Assembly: GCA_965213705.1 (NCBI GenBank)
Contig: OZ243913.1
Coordinates: 896,001-960,000 of the forward strand
DNA from: Trueperaceae bacterium
GTDB lineage: Bacteria; Deinococcota; Deinococci; Deinococcales; Trueperaceae
Length of the DNA: 64,000 nt
Direction: 5' to 3'
The notes beneath the pieces were generated by a model. The model was not told the DNA's origin, did not search any database, and saw nothing but the letters and a program-made list of their open reading frames with translations. The position numbers were made by a program, and so were the translations under genes. The number at the start of each line of letters is the position of its first letter. Within the stretch, counting starts at the first letter, position 1. Of this stretch, positions 30,335 through 40,141 are shown piece by piece.

Positions 30335-30448
30335 GACGCACCTCTTTCCACAACCTATTTTACCATTCTGATGTGGAATTTGTAGCCGAACCGCGCGCAA
30401 GTGACAAAACGATTCAGCGTCCCTGGCAACACCTAGTTGTAGCGCCCA

Positions 30449-30736
30449 CTAATTACAGGTTAGAGTCTTGTTGAGATTTTGCGAAACAGTTGCTAGAGAA
30501 AGACCCGAGAAAAAGTTGCGCCATTGAGTAGGGGCAAGGAAACCCATACGTCCATTACCTGCATCCCAAACTGTAACAACTGTGCCAGCTAACCCCGCAG
30601 CGGTAGCACATTGCTGAAAGGAATCCTTAATCTGATTTCGCTCAGCATTAGTTTTAAAATTATAGTCTCTACTGAGGGGAATAATTATCATATTTTGACC
30701 CTGTTGATTCAAGTGGGCAATTTTAACCTGAGCCAT
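30449..30736 (-). CDS. Hypothetical AT-rich protein
   Basis: AAGGAGA RBS; 95 aa. Confidence 0.7.
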   Translation of the reverse strand: MAQVKIAHLNQQGQNMIIIPLSRDYNFKTNAERNQIKDSFQQCATAAGLAGTVVTVWDAGNGRMGFLAPTQWRNFFSGLSLATVSQNLNKTLTCN

Positions 30737-30918
30737 ATTGTCTCCTTCGACTTACAAAATCTGATAATCCACCTCTGCCATTTGAACAACTTAGCAGTTC
30801 AGAACATAGGTACAGAATACCTTAAATTTTAAGTATTTTGCAAATCTGGATGTTCACACAAACTTAAAGCGTGCGAGATTACCGTACAGCTCGGAAAAGA
30901 CTTCTTAACTTCGGTAAA

Positions 30919-31236
30919 TCAGGATGTGATGCTCTGTATAAGAACGCTTATATCGGTATTAGTTTCATGCTTTACCCTCTCGAGTATGTAATAGGCTGGA
31001 GTCACTTCCTGCTCTATTTTACCACTTAGATAAGGAATCATTACCGTTCTTTGTGTATTTCCTACTGCAAGGCGAAACCCATTCCCACCAAAAAAATTCA
31101 GTACATCGTGAAAAGTGTAATGCTTACTCATTGTAACTCCATTTATTTTTGAGCTAACCGTTTCATCAGTATGTCCGCTACCCAAAGCCATACCGTAGCG
31201 AATAACAATGAACTCATATGTGAGTTTGTCACTCAT
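30919..31236 (-). CDS. Hypothetical AT-rich protein
   Basis: ~105-aa ORF in a low-GC tract. Confidence 0.5.
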   Translation of the reverse strand: MSDKLTYEFIVIRYGMALGSGHTDETVSSKINGVTMSKHYTFHDVLNFFGGNGFRLAVGNTQRTVMIPYLSGKIEQEVTPAYYILERVKHETNTDISVLIQSITS

Positions 31237-31403
31237 TTGATTCCATAGTCCTTTCCCAACAACTGTATTCAACAACTAAAGAAATGTTTGACCTAATTAT
31301 TCCTCCTTTTTGAGGTATGCAGTTCGTGTTCTGTAACTTGAAACTGCCCCTAGGGTTTCTGACCAACCTTTTATCGACTCACTCTAGTAGGAGTGATTTG
31401 CGT

Positions 31404-32444
31404 TTACGTGTACTCCTGCATCAATTCCCTGAGCGCTTGTTGGCTCGGCCGCAGTTGCCCCTCATTCAAGCTCGCCAGCGGCGTCTCGGTCAGGTGACTC
31501 ACCTCGGCAAGATTCGGCCGGCTGTCGTCAAAATAAATCAATCCCGTGATAAATTCACCCGTGTCGTTGGCGCGCTGCAAGCGCTCCATCGCCGCTAACT
31601 TATTCGTCGGGTCGAAGTCGTGCTCGAGCTTGCGCAAGGAAATTCTCGAGCCGTCGTGCAGGTCGACCACTTTCAACTCGCCGGGGTCGTAGTCGCCGAT
31701 GGTGATTTCTTCGGCGAAAGGCACGTAGCCGATGTCTTGCAGCGGTTGCTCGTTTTTCATGCCGTAGCTGTAGCTTTTGGGCGAGGCGTCGTCGTTGTTG
31801 AAAGCCACGCACGGGGAAATAATGTCGAGCACCGCCGTCCCCCGGTGCGACAGCGCCGCCTTGAGGAGTTCCCGCACCTGTTTCGCGTCGCCCGCGAAGC
31901 TCCGCGCCACGAAGCCGCAACCGGCAATCAAAGCCTCCATGCACACGTCGATTTGCGGAAAATCGTTGTGGCCCGCATATTTCAGTTCTAAGTCTTGCTC
32001 CGCCGTGGCGCTGAACTGGCCTTTGGTGAGTCCGTAAACCCCGTTGTTCTCGACGATGTAGACCATGCGCACGTTGCGCCGCACGAGGTGTTTGAACTGG
32101 CCCATGCCGATGGAGCCGGTGTCCCCGTCGCCCGACACGCCGATGGCGCGCAGCGAGTGGTTCGCCAGCAGCGCGCCCGTGCCGACCGAGGGCATCCGGC
32201 CGTGCAGCGCGTTGAAGCCGTGGGACATCCCCAAAAAGTAAGCCGGGGACTTCGAAGAGCAGCCGATGCCTGAGAGCTTGACGACCTCGTGCGGCTGCAG
32301 GCTCAGTTCGAAAGCGACTTGGATAATCTGGCTGGCAATCGAGTTGTGGCCGCAACCTTTGCAGAGCGTGCTCGGCCGCCCGCCGTAGTCGGACTTGGAA
32401 AGGCCGATGTCGTTGGCCTTGATGGCTTGCGCTCTACTTGCCAT
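31404..32444 (-). CDS. korB: 2-oxoacid:ferredoxin oxidoreductase beta subunit
   Basis: LCKGCGH, SGIGCSSK, HGR, GDGD TPP motif, NNGVYGLTKGQ, ISPC. Confidence 0.92.
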   Translation of the reverse strand: MASRAQAIKANDIGLSKSDYGGRPSTLCKGCGHNSIASQIIQVAFELSLQPHEVVKLSGIGCSSKSPAYFLGMSHGFNALHGRMPSVGTGALLANHSLRAIGVSGDGDTGSIGMGQFKHLVRRNVRMVYIVENNGVYGLTKGQFSATAEQDLELKYAGHNDFPQIDVCMEALIAGCGFVARSFAGDAKQVRELLKAALSHRGTAVLDIISPCVAFNNDDASPKSYSYGMKNEQPLQDIGYVPFAEEITIGDYDPGELKVVDLHDGSRISLRKLEHDFDPTNKLAAMERLQRANDTGEFITGLIYFDDSRPNLAEVSHLTETPLASLNEGQLRPSQQALRELMQEYT

Positions 32445-34269
32445 AGTTTTCCTCTTTCTCGAGTTCTTTGAGACGGGCCTCGAGCCACTGCGCGGTCAAG
32501 GGCATCCCGTCCAAGTGGGCGACCGAGACGAGCCGCGTCGCTAAGTCCGGCAACTCAGTTTGCAAAATCGCGTGAAGCTGGCCGTCGCGGTTGAGTTCGA
32601 TGACGTAAACGCGTTCGTGCGCCTCGACGAACTCACGCACTTCGGTGTTGACGGGCAGCGAACGAACGCGCAAAAAGCTGAAGTCCAAGCCCTCTTTGGC
32701 GAGGTGGTCACGAGCCTCTTCGATCGCGTACTGCGTCGTGCCAAGCGCGATAATGCCGAGGCGTGCGTTCTCGACATGGTCAACCACGGGTTTCGGGACG
32801 AGCCGCCGCGCGGTGTCGAACTTGCGCTGCAAGCGCGCGGTGTTCTCGAGCCAGTCCTCGGGGCGTTCGCTGTAGACGGCGTGCTCGTTGTGGCCGGTGC
32901 CGCGCGCGAACCAGGCGGACTTGGGGTTTTCGTTGCCGGGCAGGGTGCGATAGCCGACGCCGTCGCCGTCTACGTCTAAGTAGCGGGAGAAGGTCTCGAG
33001 GGACTCGAGTTCCGCCGCGTTCAGCACCTTGCCGCGCTTCATACCCTCGCTTGGGTACTCGAACGGCTTGCCCATCCAGTTGTTCATGCCGAGGTCGAGG
33101 TCGCTGAGGACGAACACAGGCGTCTGCAACTCGTCAGCGAGGTCGTGCGCCTTATAACCGAACTCGAAACACTCTTCGATTGACCCAGGAAACAGCACCA
33201 CGTTTTTGGTGTCGCCGTGACCGAGGTAATAAACGAAAGTGATGTCGCCCTGACTCGTGCGCGTCGGCAAACCGGTACTCGGCCCGACGCGCTGGATGTC
33301 CCAAATCACCGCCGGGATTTCGGCGAAGTAGCCCAGTCCGGCGAATTCGCTCATCAGGGAAATACCGGGGCCGCTCGTCGCGGTGACGCTGCGCGCGCCC
33401 GCCCAGCCTGCGCCCAAAGTCATGCCGATGGCGGCGAGTTCGTCCTCGGCCTGAACGACGGCGTAGGTGGCGCGGTCGTCCTCGTTGCGCAGTTTCGGCA
33501 AAAAGTCGCGCAGCGCGTCGATAAAACTGGTGCTCGGCGTAATCGGGTACCAGGCGCTCACCGACGCGCCGCCGAAGACCGCGCCGAGCGCGCCCGCCTC
33601 GTTGCCGGTCATCATGATAAGGCCGTCGGTTTCATTCATGGGTTCGACGCGGTAAGGGTCATTTTTGCCCAAGTTTTCGGCCGTCCAGTCGTACGCGCCC
33701 TTTACGACCACCATGTTCGAGTCCACAAGCTTTTGCCGCCGCCCAAACTGCGCGCCCAAGGCTTCTTCGATAACCTCGAGCGAAATCCCCAAAAGCTGCG
33801 CCACCGCGCCCACGTAGACCATGTTGGCGATGTAGGGTTTGCGCTTGACCGGCACATCGACATCTTTAATAAGCTCGTCCACCGGCAACCCGTAGTAGGT
33901 GAGGTCGCCCCGCTGCGGCAGACCTTTGATGGCCGTGTTGTAAATGCACACGCCGCCGGGCGGTAGGTTGGTCACGTCTTCACTCACCGTCGTCGGGTTA
34001 AAGGCGACGAGCAGTTCCGGCGGCCGCCGCGCCACGTAACCCTCAAAGCTCACCCGGATGTTGTACCAAGTCGGCAAGCCTTGAATGTTCGAGGGGAAGA
34101 TGTTTTTGCCGTGAACCGGAATGCCCATCTTGAAGAATGCGCGCAGCAGGGTGAGGTTGGCGGTCTGGCTGCCAGTGCCGTTCACGGTCGCGGCGACGAG
34201 GGAAAAGTCGTTTACGACCGGCGCGCGGTTTTCCTGTGCCGAAAAAGATTCTCGCTCTAAAACGTCCAT
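32434..34269 (-). CDS. korA: 2-oxoacid:ferredoxin oxidoreductase alpha subunit
   Basis: YPITPS, QAEDE, ATSGPG, QRVGPSTGLPT. Confidence 0.92.
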   Translation of the reverse strand: MDVLERESFSAQENRAPVVNDFSLVAATVNGTGSQTANLTLLRAFFKMGIPVHGKNIFPSNIQGLPTWYNIRVSFEGYVARRPPELLVAFNPTTVSEDVTNLPPGGVCIYNTAIKGLPQRGDLTYYGLPVDELIKDVDVPVKRKPYIANMVYVGAVAQLLGISLEVIEEALGAQFGRRQKLVDSNMVVVKGAYDWTAENLGKNDPYRVEPMNETDGLIMMTGNEAGALGAVFGGASVSAWYPITPSTSFIDALRDFLPKLRNEDDRATYAVVQAEDELAAIGMTLGAGWAGARSVTATSGPGISLMSEFAGLGYFAEIPAVIWDIQRVGPSTGLPTRTSQGDITFVYYLGHGDTKNVVLFPGSIEECFEFGYKAHDLADELQTPVFVLSDLDLGMNNWMGKPFEYPSEGMKRGKVLNAAELESLETFSRYLDVDGDGVGYRTLPGNENPKSAWFARGTGHNEHAVYSERPEDWLENTARLQRKFDTARRLVPKPVVDHVENARLGIIALGTTQYAIEEARDHLAKEGLDFSFLRVRSLPVNTEVREFVEAHERVYVIELNRDGQLHAILQTELPDLATRLVSVAHLDGMPLTAQWLEARLKELEKEENYGK

Positions 34270-34370
34270 ACTTCTCCTTCAAACCCGGTTTGGGGCCAGG
34301 CTCCGCTTGAATGTCTCATCTTAACGAAAATCTCGTTCCCGGTTGAACGCTCGAGGTGACAGGGGCAAAA

Positions 34371-34401
34371 CAAAAGCCGCTCGAGTCTCGAGCGGCTTTT
34401 G
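34371..34401. terminator. Bidirectional intrinsic terminator
   Basis: CAAAAGCCGCTCGAG-T-CTCGAGCGGCTTTTG. Confidence 0.75.
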
Positions 34402-34417
34402 TAGGTCAAAACTGAAC

Positions 34418-34672
34418 TTACGTTCTTCCTCTTACCGCCTTGATGATGGCGAGTAAAATCACCGCGCCGATAATCGCGACGATGATGCTCCACAAGTTGA
34501 AGCCGGTGAAGGTGCCGAAGCCGAGCAGGTTCATCACAAACCCGCCGATGAACGCGCCGACGATGCCGACGACGATGTCGAGCAGGCAACCTTGCTGGTC
34601 GTTGGTGCCCATGATGAGGCTGGCAATCCAACCCGCCAAGGCCCCGACGATAATCCACGAAAGAATCCCCAT
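34418..34672 (-). CDS. GlsB/YeaQ/YmgE stress-response membrane protein
   Basis: WIIVGALAGWIA...IVVGIVGAFIGG...IIGAVILL. Confidence 0.9.
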   Translation of the reverse strand: MGILSWIIVGALAGWIASLIMGTNDQQGCLLDIVVGIVGAFIGGFVMNLLGFGTFTGFNLWSIIVAIIGAVILLAIIKAVRGRT

Positions 34673-34752
34673 TGTCCGCCCCTTTCAAAAGCCAGGTTTC
34701 CCGCTGCCGAACGCCTACACTATACATTCCTGAGCTTACAAATTGTCAACCT

Positions 34753-34968
34753 TCAGGCCGAATCGACTTCGCTCGAGAGTTTCAATACCTCGTCGCCGTC
34801 GTCTTGTTCGATGAGCAGGGCCGGGTCGTCGTCGGAGCCGTTGCGGGTGATTTCAGAACCCTTGAGGGTGCGGGTCACTTTTTTGGTGAACGTTTCTGTG
34901 ACCTTGCCTTCGCCCCGGCCGTTGCCCCACTCCCAAGAAACCTTGTCGCCTTTGCTGTAGTTAGCCAT
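34753..34968 (-). CDS. DUF2945/HVA1 family protein
   Basis: GDKVSW.WG.G..EG.V...RNGSDDDPA..IEQ.DG..VLK. Confidence 0.8.
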   Translation of the reverse strand: MANYSKGDKVSWEWGNGRGEGKVTETFTKKVTRTLKGSEITRNGSDDDPALLIEQDDGDEVLKLSSEVDSA

Positions 34969-35320
34969 ACTGCCTCCCACCCAGAAAGTAGCACCGGAAA
35001 AGGTATGCAGAGTGGGATGAGGTTCGCAATCCAAGTTGGTGTGAATAGTGCCGAGCGGAGTTTGAAACAGTTTGGTCAGGGGTGTTTCAGCAGGCTTGCA
35101 AGTAAGTACACTTTAGTGTGCTCTTTAGTTACAAGCTGTTGGTTAGGCTTTCCGAGTGGCGCTTAAAAAACTCATTATTTCCCGGTAGAATCGTTACTTT
35201 GAGTCAGTTCACCGGCCGGACTGTTGCGAGAGAAAGGCCGCCTCGTCGAGGTTTTGTAACGACCGAGCCAACTGAATACGCCCCCGTTGCAAAAGCACCT
35301 GTCTCAACTTCACACCCAGC

Positions 35321-35983
35321 TCAAGCTCTCTTTACGAGTTCTTCCGCCTCGCTGAACAGCTGCATCTCAAAATCATAAATTTGCTTTTCTGGAAAGCGCC
35401 TAGAGAGACTGTGAATCAGCGTCAAGTAAGCCGGATAGGTCTCATCGCGCTTTAGGCCCATATTCCATCCGAGTGCTTTCGCCTTCTTTCGGGAGTGCTG
35501 ATCCATAAAGGCACGAATGGTTTTGTTTCGGCTCGGGATGTAGGGGAAGAACACCGGGGTCGGTGCCGCGTAGATTTTTTGCACCGCGTTTAGAGACGTG
35601 GCTACCCGAGCATCATAGATGACGAACTCGTCTGGCCGCACTACGGAAAAAATCTTGGAGTAGCTGGCAACCCCGCTCAGCGGCAATGCGGGTTTGGCTT
35701 GTTCCACCTTACTGACGTATATTTGAAAGGTTTCAGGAGCATTGCTTTTAATGCCACCCCAGTCCGAGACTATTTCCTTACACAGCCTTTCCTTTTGCTG
35801 ATTATTCGTGGCGAAATACCACGCTTCTTTAAGGCTGCGCTTCACCTCGAGAGTTGCCTGATAGCCCTTCCCATTTTGATTTTTGGGCCAAAGGTAGTCA
35901 AACTCGGGATGGGCTCGGAAGTAAGCCTCGAACACCTCTATGACAGGAGCAATATGTTTTTCGACAAAAGCCACGCGGGGCAT
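35321..35983 (-). CDS. Hypothetical protein, possible alpha-helical DNA-glycosylase-like fold
   Basis: WGGI, ASYSK, IYDARVA, EMQLF motifs; lower GC. Confidence 0.6.
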   Translation of the reverse strand: MPRVAFVEKHIAPVIEVFEAYFRAHPEFDYLWPKNQNGKGYQATLEVKRSLKEAWYFATNNQQKERLCKEIVSDWGGIKSNAPETFQIYVSKVEQAKPALPLSGVASYSKIFSVVRPDEFVIYDARVATSLNAVQKIYAAPTPVFFPYIPSRNKTIRAFMDQHSRKKAKALGWNMGLKRDETYPAYLTLIHSLSRRFPEKQIYDFEMQLFSEAEELVKRA

Positions 35984-36110
35984 TTTCAGAGTTTGCCATT
36001 TTTGTCTGTATATCGGTGTAAGAAATTTGAAACAATCTTGCCGATTCCGTTTAAGGTTTGTTCTCTCAAGCCTCTACAGGACAAAAACGAACCGAAGCAT
36101 TTTGCCTAAG

Positions 36111-37121
36111 TTAGTACCGCCGCTTCGCCCGCGCGTCCGGCAACACCGAACTCATCTCCAAAGCCATGCTCGTGCCGAGAACTACGCAGTCTTGCGGCTC
36201 GTCGGCTATTGCCACGGGGATGTTGGTGGTTTGCCGAAAGTAGGTGTCCAGGTGTTTGAGTTTCGCGCCGCCGCCGGTCATGACGATGCCGCGCTCTATC
36301 ACGTCCGAAATAAGTTCGGGCGGGCCTTGCTCTAAGACCTTACGCACCCCGTCGGCGAGCTTTTGCAGCGAGTCCTTCAAGGCCGCGACGACGTCTTCGG
36401 TGCTCACCGTGACGGTACGCGGCATCCCGTTGATAAGGTCGCGCCCGCGCACTTCCATCGTTTCGCTCTCGCCTTCTTGCAAGGTCGCCGCGCCGACGGT
36501 GCGTTTGATGGCCTCGGCGGTGCGGTCACCGATGAGCAGGTTGTCCTTTTGACGCACGTAGCGAACAATCTCTTGGTCGAAGTGGTTGCCCGCGACGCGC
36601 AAACTTTCCGAGACGACAATTCCGCCCATGCTGATAATCGCGATGTCGGTCGTGCCGCCGCCGATGTCCACGATCATCGAGCCGATGGGCTCGGCGATGT
36701 CCACGCCTGCGCCGATGGCCGCGGCGATGGGCTCCTCGATCAAAAACGCCCTGCGCGCGCCAATTTCGTTCACGGCTTGGAGCACCGCCCGCTTCTCGAC
36801 CTCGGTGATACCGCTCGGGATGCAAACCATGATGTTCAGCCGCGGCCTGAAGAGGCGGCCGGGTCCGCGCAGCACCTTGTCCAAAAAGGCCTTGAGCATT
36901 TTTTCGGTGAGGGTGTAGTCGGCGATGACGCCGTCGGCCATCGGCCGCACCGCCGTGACCGAGCCGGGAGTGCGGCCCAGCATCTTGTAAGCCTCTTCAC
37001 CGACGGCTTTGACGTCGGTGCTGCCGTTGAGGACGGCAATCACGGCGGGTTCGCGCAACACCACGCCGCGCCCCTTGACGTGAATGCGGATGTTGGTGGT
37101 ACCCAAGTCGATGGCTATCAT
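36111..37121 (-). CDS. mreB: Rod shape-determining actin homolog
   Basis: IDLGT, RPMADGVIAD, EEPIAAAIG, VDIGGGTT, TGGG. Confidence 0.95.
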   Translation of the reverse strand: MIAIDLGTTNIRIHVKGRGVVLREPAVIAVLNGSTDVKAVGEEAYKMLGRTPGSVTAVRPMADGVIADYTLTEKMLKAFLDKVLRGPGRLFRPRLNIMVCIPSGITEVEKRAVLQAVNEIGARRAFLIEEPIAAAIGAGVDIAEPIGSMIVDIGGGTTDIAIISMGGIVVSESLRVAGNHFDQEIVRYVRQKDNLLIGDRTAEAIKRTVGAATLQEGESETMEVRGRDLINGMPRTVTVSTEDVVAALKDSLQKLADGVRKVLEQGPPELISDVIERGIVMTGGGAKLKHLDTYFRQTTNIPVAIADEPQDCVVLGTSMALEMSSVLPDARAKRRY

Positions 37122-37393
37122 GCCTGAATCACGTCTTTAACTTACCATGTGGGGCGAAAAAGGGAAGCCGGAGGCTCGAGCCCCGAAACCCGCCGAGTCC
37201 CCACTTTCTTTGAAGTCGACACTTCAAAATACAGCCCTCGAGATCGCAAGACGAGACTTCTGTGGCGAGGTCTCGTCTTCGGTTGAAGAATTACTGCTTG
37301 GCTAACCACGCGCATCTAGGGGGTGTCGGCGTCTCTAAAAACACCGACACAGCTTTACAGGGTGCCGTATCACCTTTTACAGTGACACAAACC

Positions 37394-38062
37394 TCAGTAC
37401 CGGTAGTAGTCCTGCGGAATCTTGTTGCCCAGTTCAATCACGGCCGTGTAAATCATGTCCTGAATGGCGGTTTCCATCGGGGTGTTCTCGTAGGTGCTGA
37501 GCGCGCCGCCGCCCAAGCCAAACACTCGAGAGCCCCCGCTTACGCCGACGCTGGTCGCTTCCCCGGTTACGCGGGTGACGCTGACGATGTTTCTCGTGCG
37601 CACGTCGACGACGCGCAGGTCGATGGTCGCGGTCGCTTTGTTGGCCGAGCCGCCGCCGAACAAACCCAGGACGCCGCCGCTGCTGCCCGTGCCGCTCGCG
37701 TTCGGTTCGAACTGGGTTACGGAACCGATGATGGCGAGGTCTGCGCCTTGAAACGCTTCGGACTCGCCGGTCACGTTCAGCTCGCTCTCCAAGGTGCCCA
37801 AGTTAGCCGAGGCCTCGACCACTTGAAAACGGTTGGACTGCACCAGCGCCGTGAGCATCGCGTCGGAAATGCCTTCGCCGACGCCTGTGTAACAGTTTGT
37901 GGCGCGGCACTCGAACGAGCCCAGCACGACGGAGGCTTTGGGGCCGCTGTAGGCGGGCAAGTCGGGAACTTCTTGGACTTGCGACGTGACGCCCGGTGTA
38001 CACCCCGATAGGAGCAGACCCGTCACCAACAAAACACTGATAAATGCCGCCGTTTTCTTCAC
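37394..38062 (-). CDS. CsgG/HfaB family lipoprotein
   Basis: Lipobox LSGC, DAMLTALVQSNRFQVVE, GSVTQFE, IDLRVVDV. Confidence 0.8.
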   Translation of the reverse strand: MKKTAAFISVLLVTGLLLSGCTPGVTSQVQEVPDLPAYSGPKASVVLGSFECRATNCYTGVGEGISDAMLTALVQSNRFQVVEASANLGTLESELNVTGESEAFQGADLAIIGSVTQFEPNASGTGSSGGVLGLFGGGSANKATATIDLRVVDVRTRNIVSVTRVTGEATSVGVSGGSRVFGLGGGALSTYENTPMETAIQDMIYTAVIELGNKIPQDYYRY

Positions 38063-38326
38063 AAGACTCCTCCTCGTAAACCTGTTTCCGTGCTGAACTT
38101 AACATGTGTAAAAAGTTAAAGCAAGACTCATAAACCTGTCAGGACGAAGGTGCGGCTTTGGCCCGAAGGGCTCGAGTTCGGGTTGTTCGGGGCGGGCAAG
38201 CTGGAAAGTCGGTTACAGTTGGAGCGTTGTGGTGAAGTCGGGTGGGCCGTTCTGAAACTGGGCTAACCGAGTCTGAGGTACAAAACCTGAACTGTGAAAT
38301 CCAAGAAGTCTGAAAGAGGTGTTTCG

Positions 38327-39298
38327 GTGAAAGCGGTCGTCGTCAACGAAGACAAAAGCTTGAGCTGGCAAGAGGTTTCCGACCCGGTGTGCGCGCCGGG
38401 GGAGGTCTTGGTTGCGGTTCACTACACCGCGCTCAACCGCGCCGACCTGATGCAGCGGGCGGGTAACTACCCGGTGCCGACAGGGGCGAGCGAGGTGTTG
38501 GGCCTCGAGCTGTCGGGCGTCGTGCTCGAGACCAACGGCCCCTCGGCCTGGCGACCCGGCGACCGGGTCTGCGCGCTGCTGAGCGGCGGCGGCTACGCCG
38601 AACGCGCCTGTGTGCCCGAGCGTCTGCTGATGCCAATTCCCAAAGATTGGACTTTGGCGGAAGCCGCCGGAATGCCGGAAGTTTTTTATACGGCCTTTCT
38701 CAACTTGTTTTTGGAAGCCGGTTTGAAAGGTGGCGAGCGGGTGCTGGTTCACGGCGGCGCGAGCGGCGTCGGTACGGCGGCGATTCAGCTCGCGCGCGAG
38801 GCGGGCTGCGAGGTGTTCGCGACGGCGGGGACGAGTGAAAAAGTGGCGCGTTGCCGGGAACTCGGGGCGAACACGGCGGTCAACTACCGCGAACAAGACT
38901 TTGCCGAGGTCATCGCTGAAAAAACGAATGGCGAGGGCGTCGACGTCATCCTGGACATGGTCGGGGCCGACTACTTCGAGCGCAACTTGTCAAGTCTGGC
39001 GACGGGCGGACGGCTCGTTTTCATCTCGAGCCTGAGCGGGTCGAAGGTCGAACTCGACATCCGCAAACTCATGGCGAAACGGGCTTCCATCAAGGGTTCG
39101 ACGCTGCGCGCCCGGCCCCTGGAGGAAAAGGTCGCCCTCAAAGAAGCGTTCACCCAGCAGTTTTGGGAGGCCCTCGAGCGGGGCCGCGTCAAGCCGGTCG
39201 TCGACCGGGTTTTCGGAGTTCAAGACGCCGAAGCGGCGCACGCGTACATGCAGGGCAACAAAAACATCGGTAAATTGCTGCTCGAGGTCCGCGCCTGA
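38327..39298 (+). CDS. NAD(P)H-quinone oxidoreductase (PIG3/MDR family)
   Basis: LNRADLMQRAG.YP, GGGYAE, HGGASGVG, GSTLR. Confidence 0.92.
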   Translation: MKAVVVNEDKSLSWQEVSDPVCAPGEVLVAVHYTALNRADLMQRAGNYPVPTGASEVLGLELSGVVLETNGPSAWRPGDRVCALLSGGGYAERACVPERLLMPIPKDWTLAEAAGMPEVFYTAFLNLFLEAGLKGGERVLVHGGASGVGTAAIQLAREAGCEVFATAGTSEKVARCRELGANTAVNYREQDFAEVIAEKTNGEGVDVILDMVGADYFERNLSSLATGGRLVFISSLSGSKVELDIRKLMAKRASIKGSTLRARPLEEKVALKEAFTQQFWEALERGRVKPVVDRVFGVQDAEAAHAYMQGNKNIGKLLLEVRA

Positions 39299-39304
39299 CG
39301 TTTT

Positions 39305-40141
39305 TCAGCCCCGGTCTTCCGGTTTGGCCTCCACCGCCCCGGTCATAATCGCGACCACGTCGGACATGGTGTAGTCTTTCGGGTTGACGACCGCCGCGCG
39401 GCGGCCCATGCGGTGAACGTGGACGCGGTCGGCGATTTCGAACACGTGCGGCATGTTGTGGCTGATGAGGATGACCGGCAGCCCGCGGTCGCGCACCTTG
39501 CGGATGAGGTCCAGCACCATCCCCGACTCTTTAACGCCCAACGCGGCGGTGGGCTCGTCCATGATGATGACGTTGCGGGCGAAGGCCGCGCTGCGCGCCA
39601 CCGCCACGCCCTGCCGCTGCCCGCCGGACAGCGTTTCGACCGCCTGGTGCATCGACTGGATGCGAAACTTGAGGTCTTTCATGTAGTCGGTCGCCTGCTC
39701 GAGCATCCTTTTCTGGTCGCGCAGGCGAAAGACCGAACCCAGAAAGCCCGGTTTGAGCAGTTCGCGCCCCAAAAACATGTTGTCGACAATATTGAGGGCG
39801 GGCGCGACCGCCAGGTCCTGGTACACCGCCTCGATGCCGTGGTGCCGCGCGTCGATGGGGCTGCGAAAGCGCACAGCAACGCCGTTGAGGTAAATCTCGC
39901 CCGCGTCGGGCTGAAGCGCGCCCGACAGGGCTTTAATCAAAGTCGACTTGCCCGCGCCGTTGTCGCCGATGACCGCCAAAATCTCGTGCGGGTAAATCTC
40001 GAAGTCCGCGCCGTCCATCGCCACGACCTGCCCGTAGCGCTTGACGAGTCCGCGGGCGGACAGGACCGGGGTTTGCTTTGTGTCGACCGCGTGCGCCTCA
40101 GAGGGCGGCGGTTCGTAGTGCTGTTGACTGCTGTCGCTCAC
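39305..40141 (-). CDS. Sugar ABC ATP-binding protein (FrcA-like)
   Basis: GDNGAGKS, LSGGQRQ, MDEPTAALG, SHN. Confidence 0.92.
   Translation of the reverse strand: MSDSSQQHYEPPPSEAHAVDTKQTPVLSARGLVKRYGQVVAMDGADFEIYPHEILAVIGDNGAGKSTLIKALSGALQPDAGEIYLNGVAVRFRSPIDARHHGIEAVYQDLAVAPALNIVDNMFLGRELLKPGFLGSVFRLRDQKRMLEQATDYMKDLKFRIQSMHQAVETLSGGQRQGVAVARSAAFARNVIIMDEPTAALGVKESGMVLDLIRKVRDRGLPVILISHNMPHVFEIADRVHVHRMGRRAAVVNPKDYTMSDVVAIMTGAVEAKPEDRG

Noticed and set aside
36040..36110. Further SRE-like copies (also ~62500-62600)
   Set aside because: Only short matches (CCGATTCCGTTTAA; CTCGCTCC), too weak to call by eye
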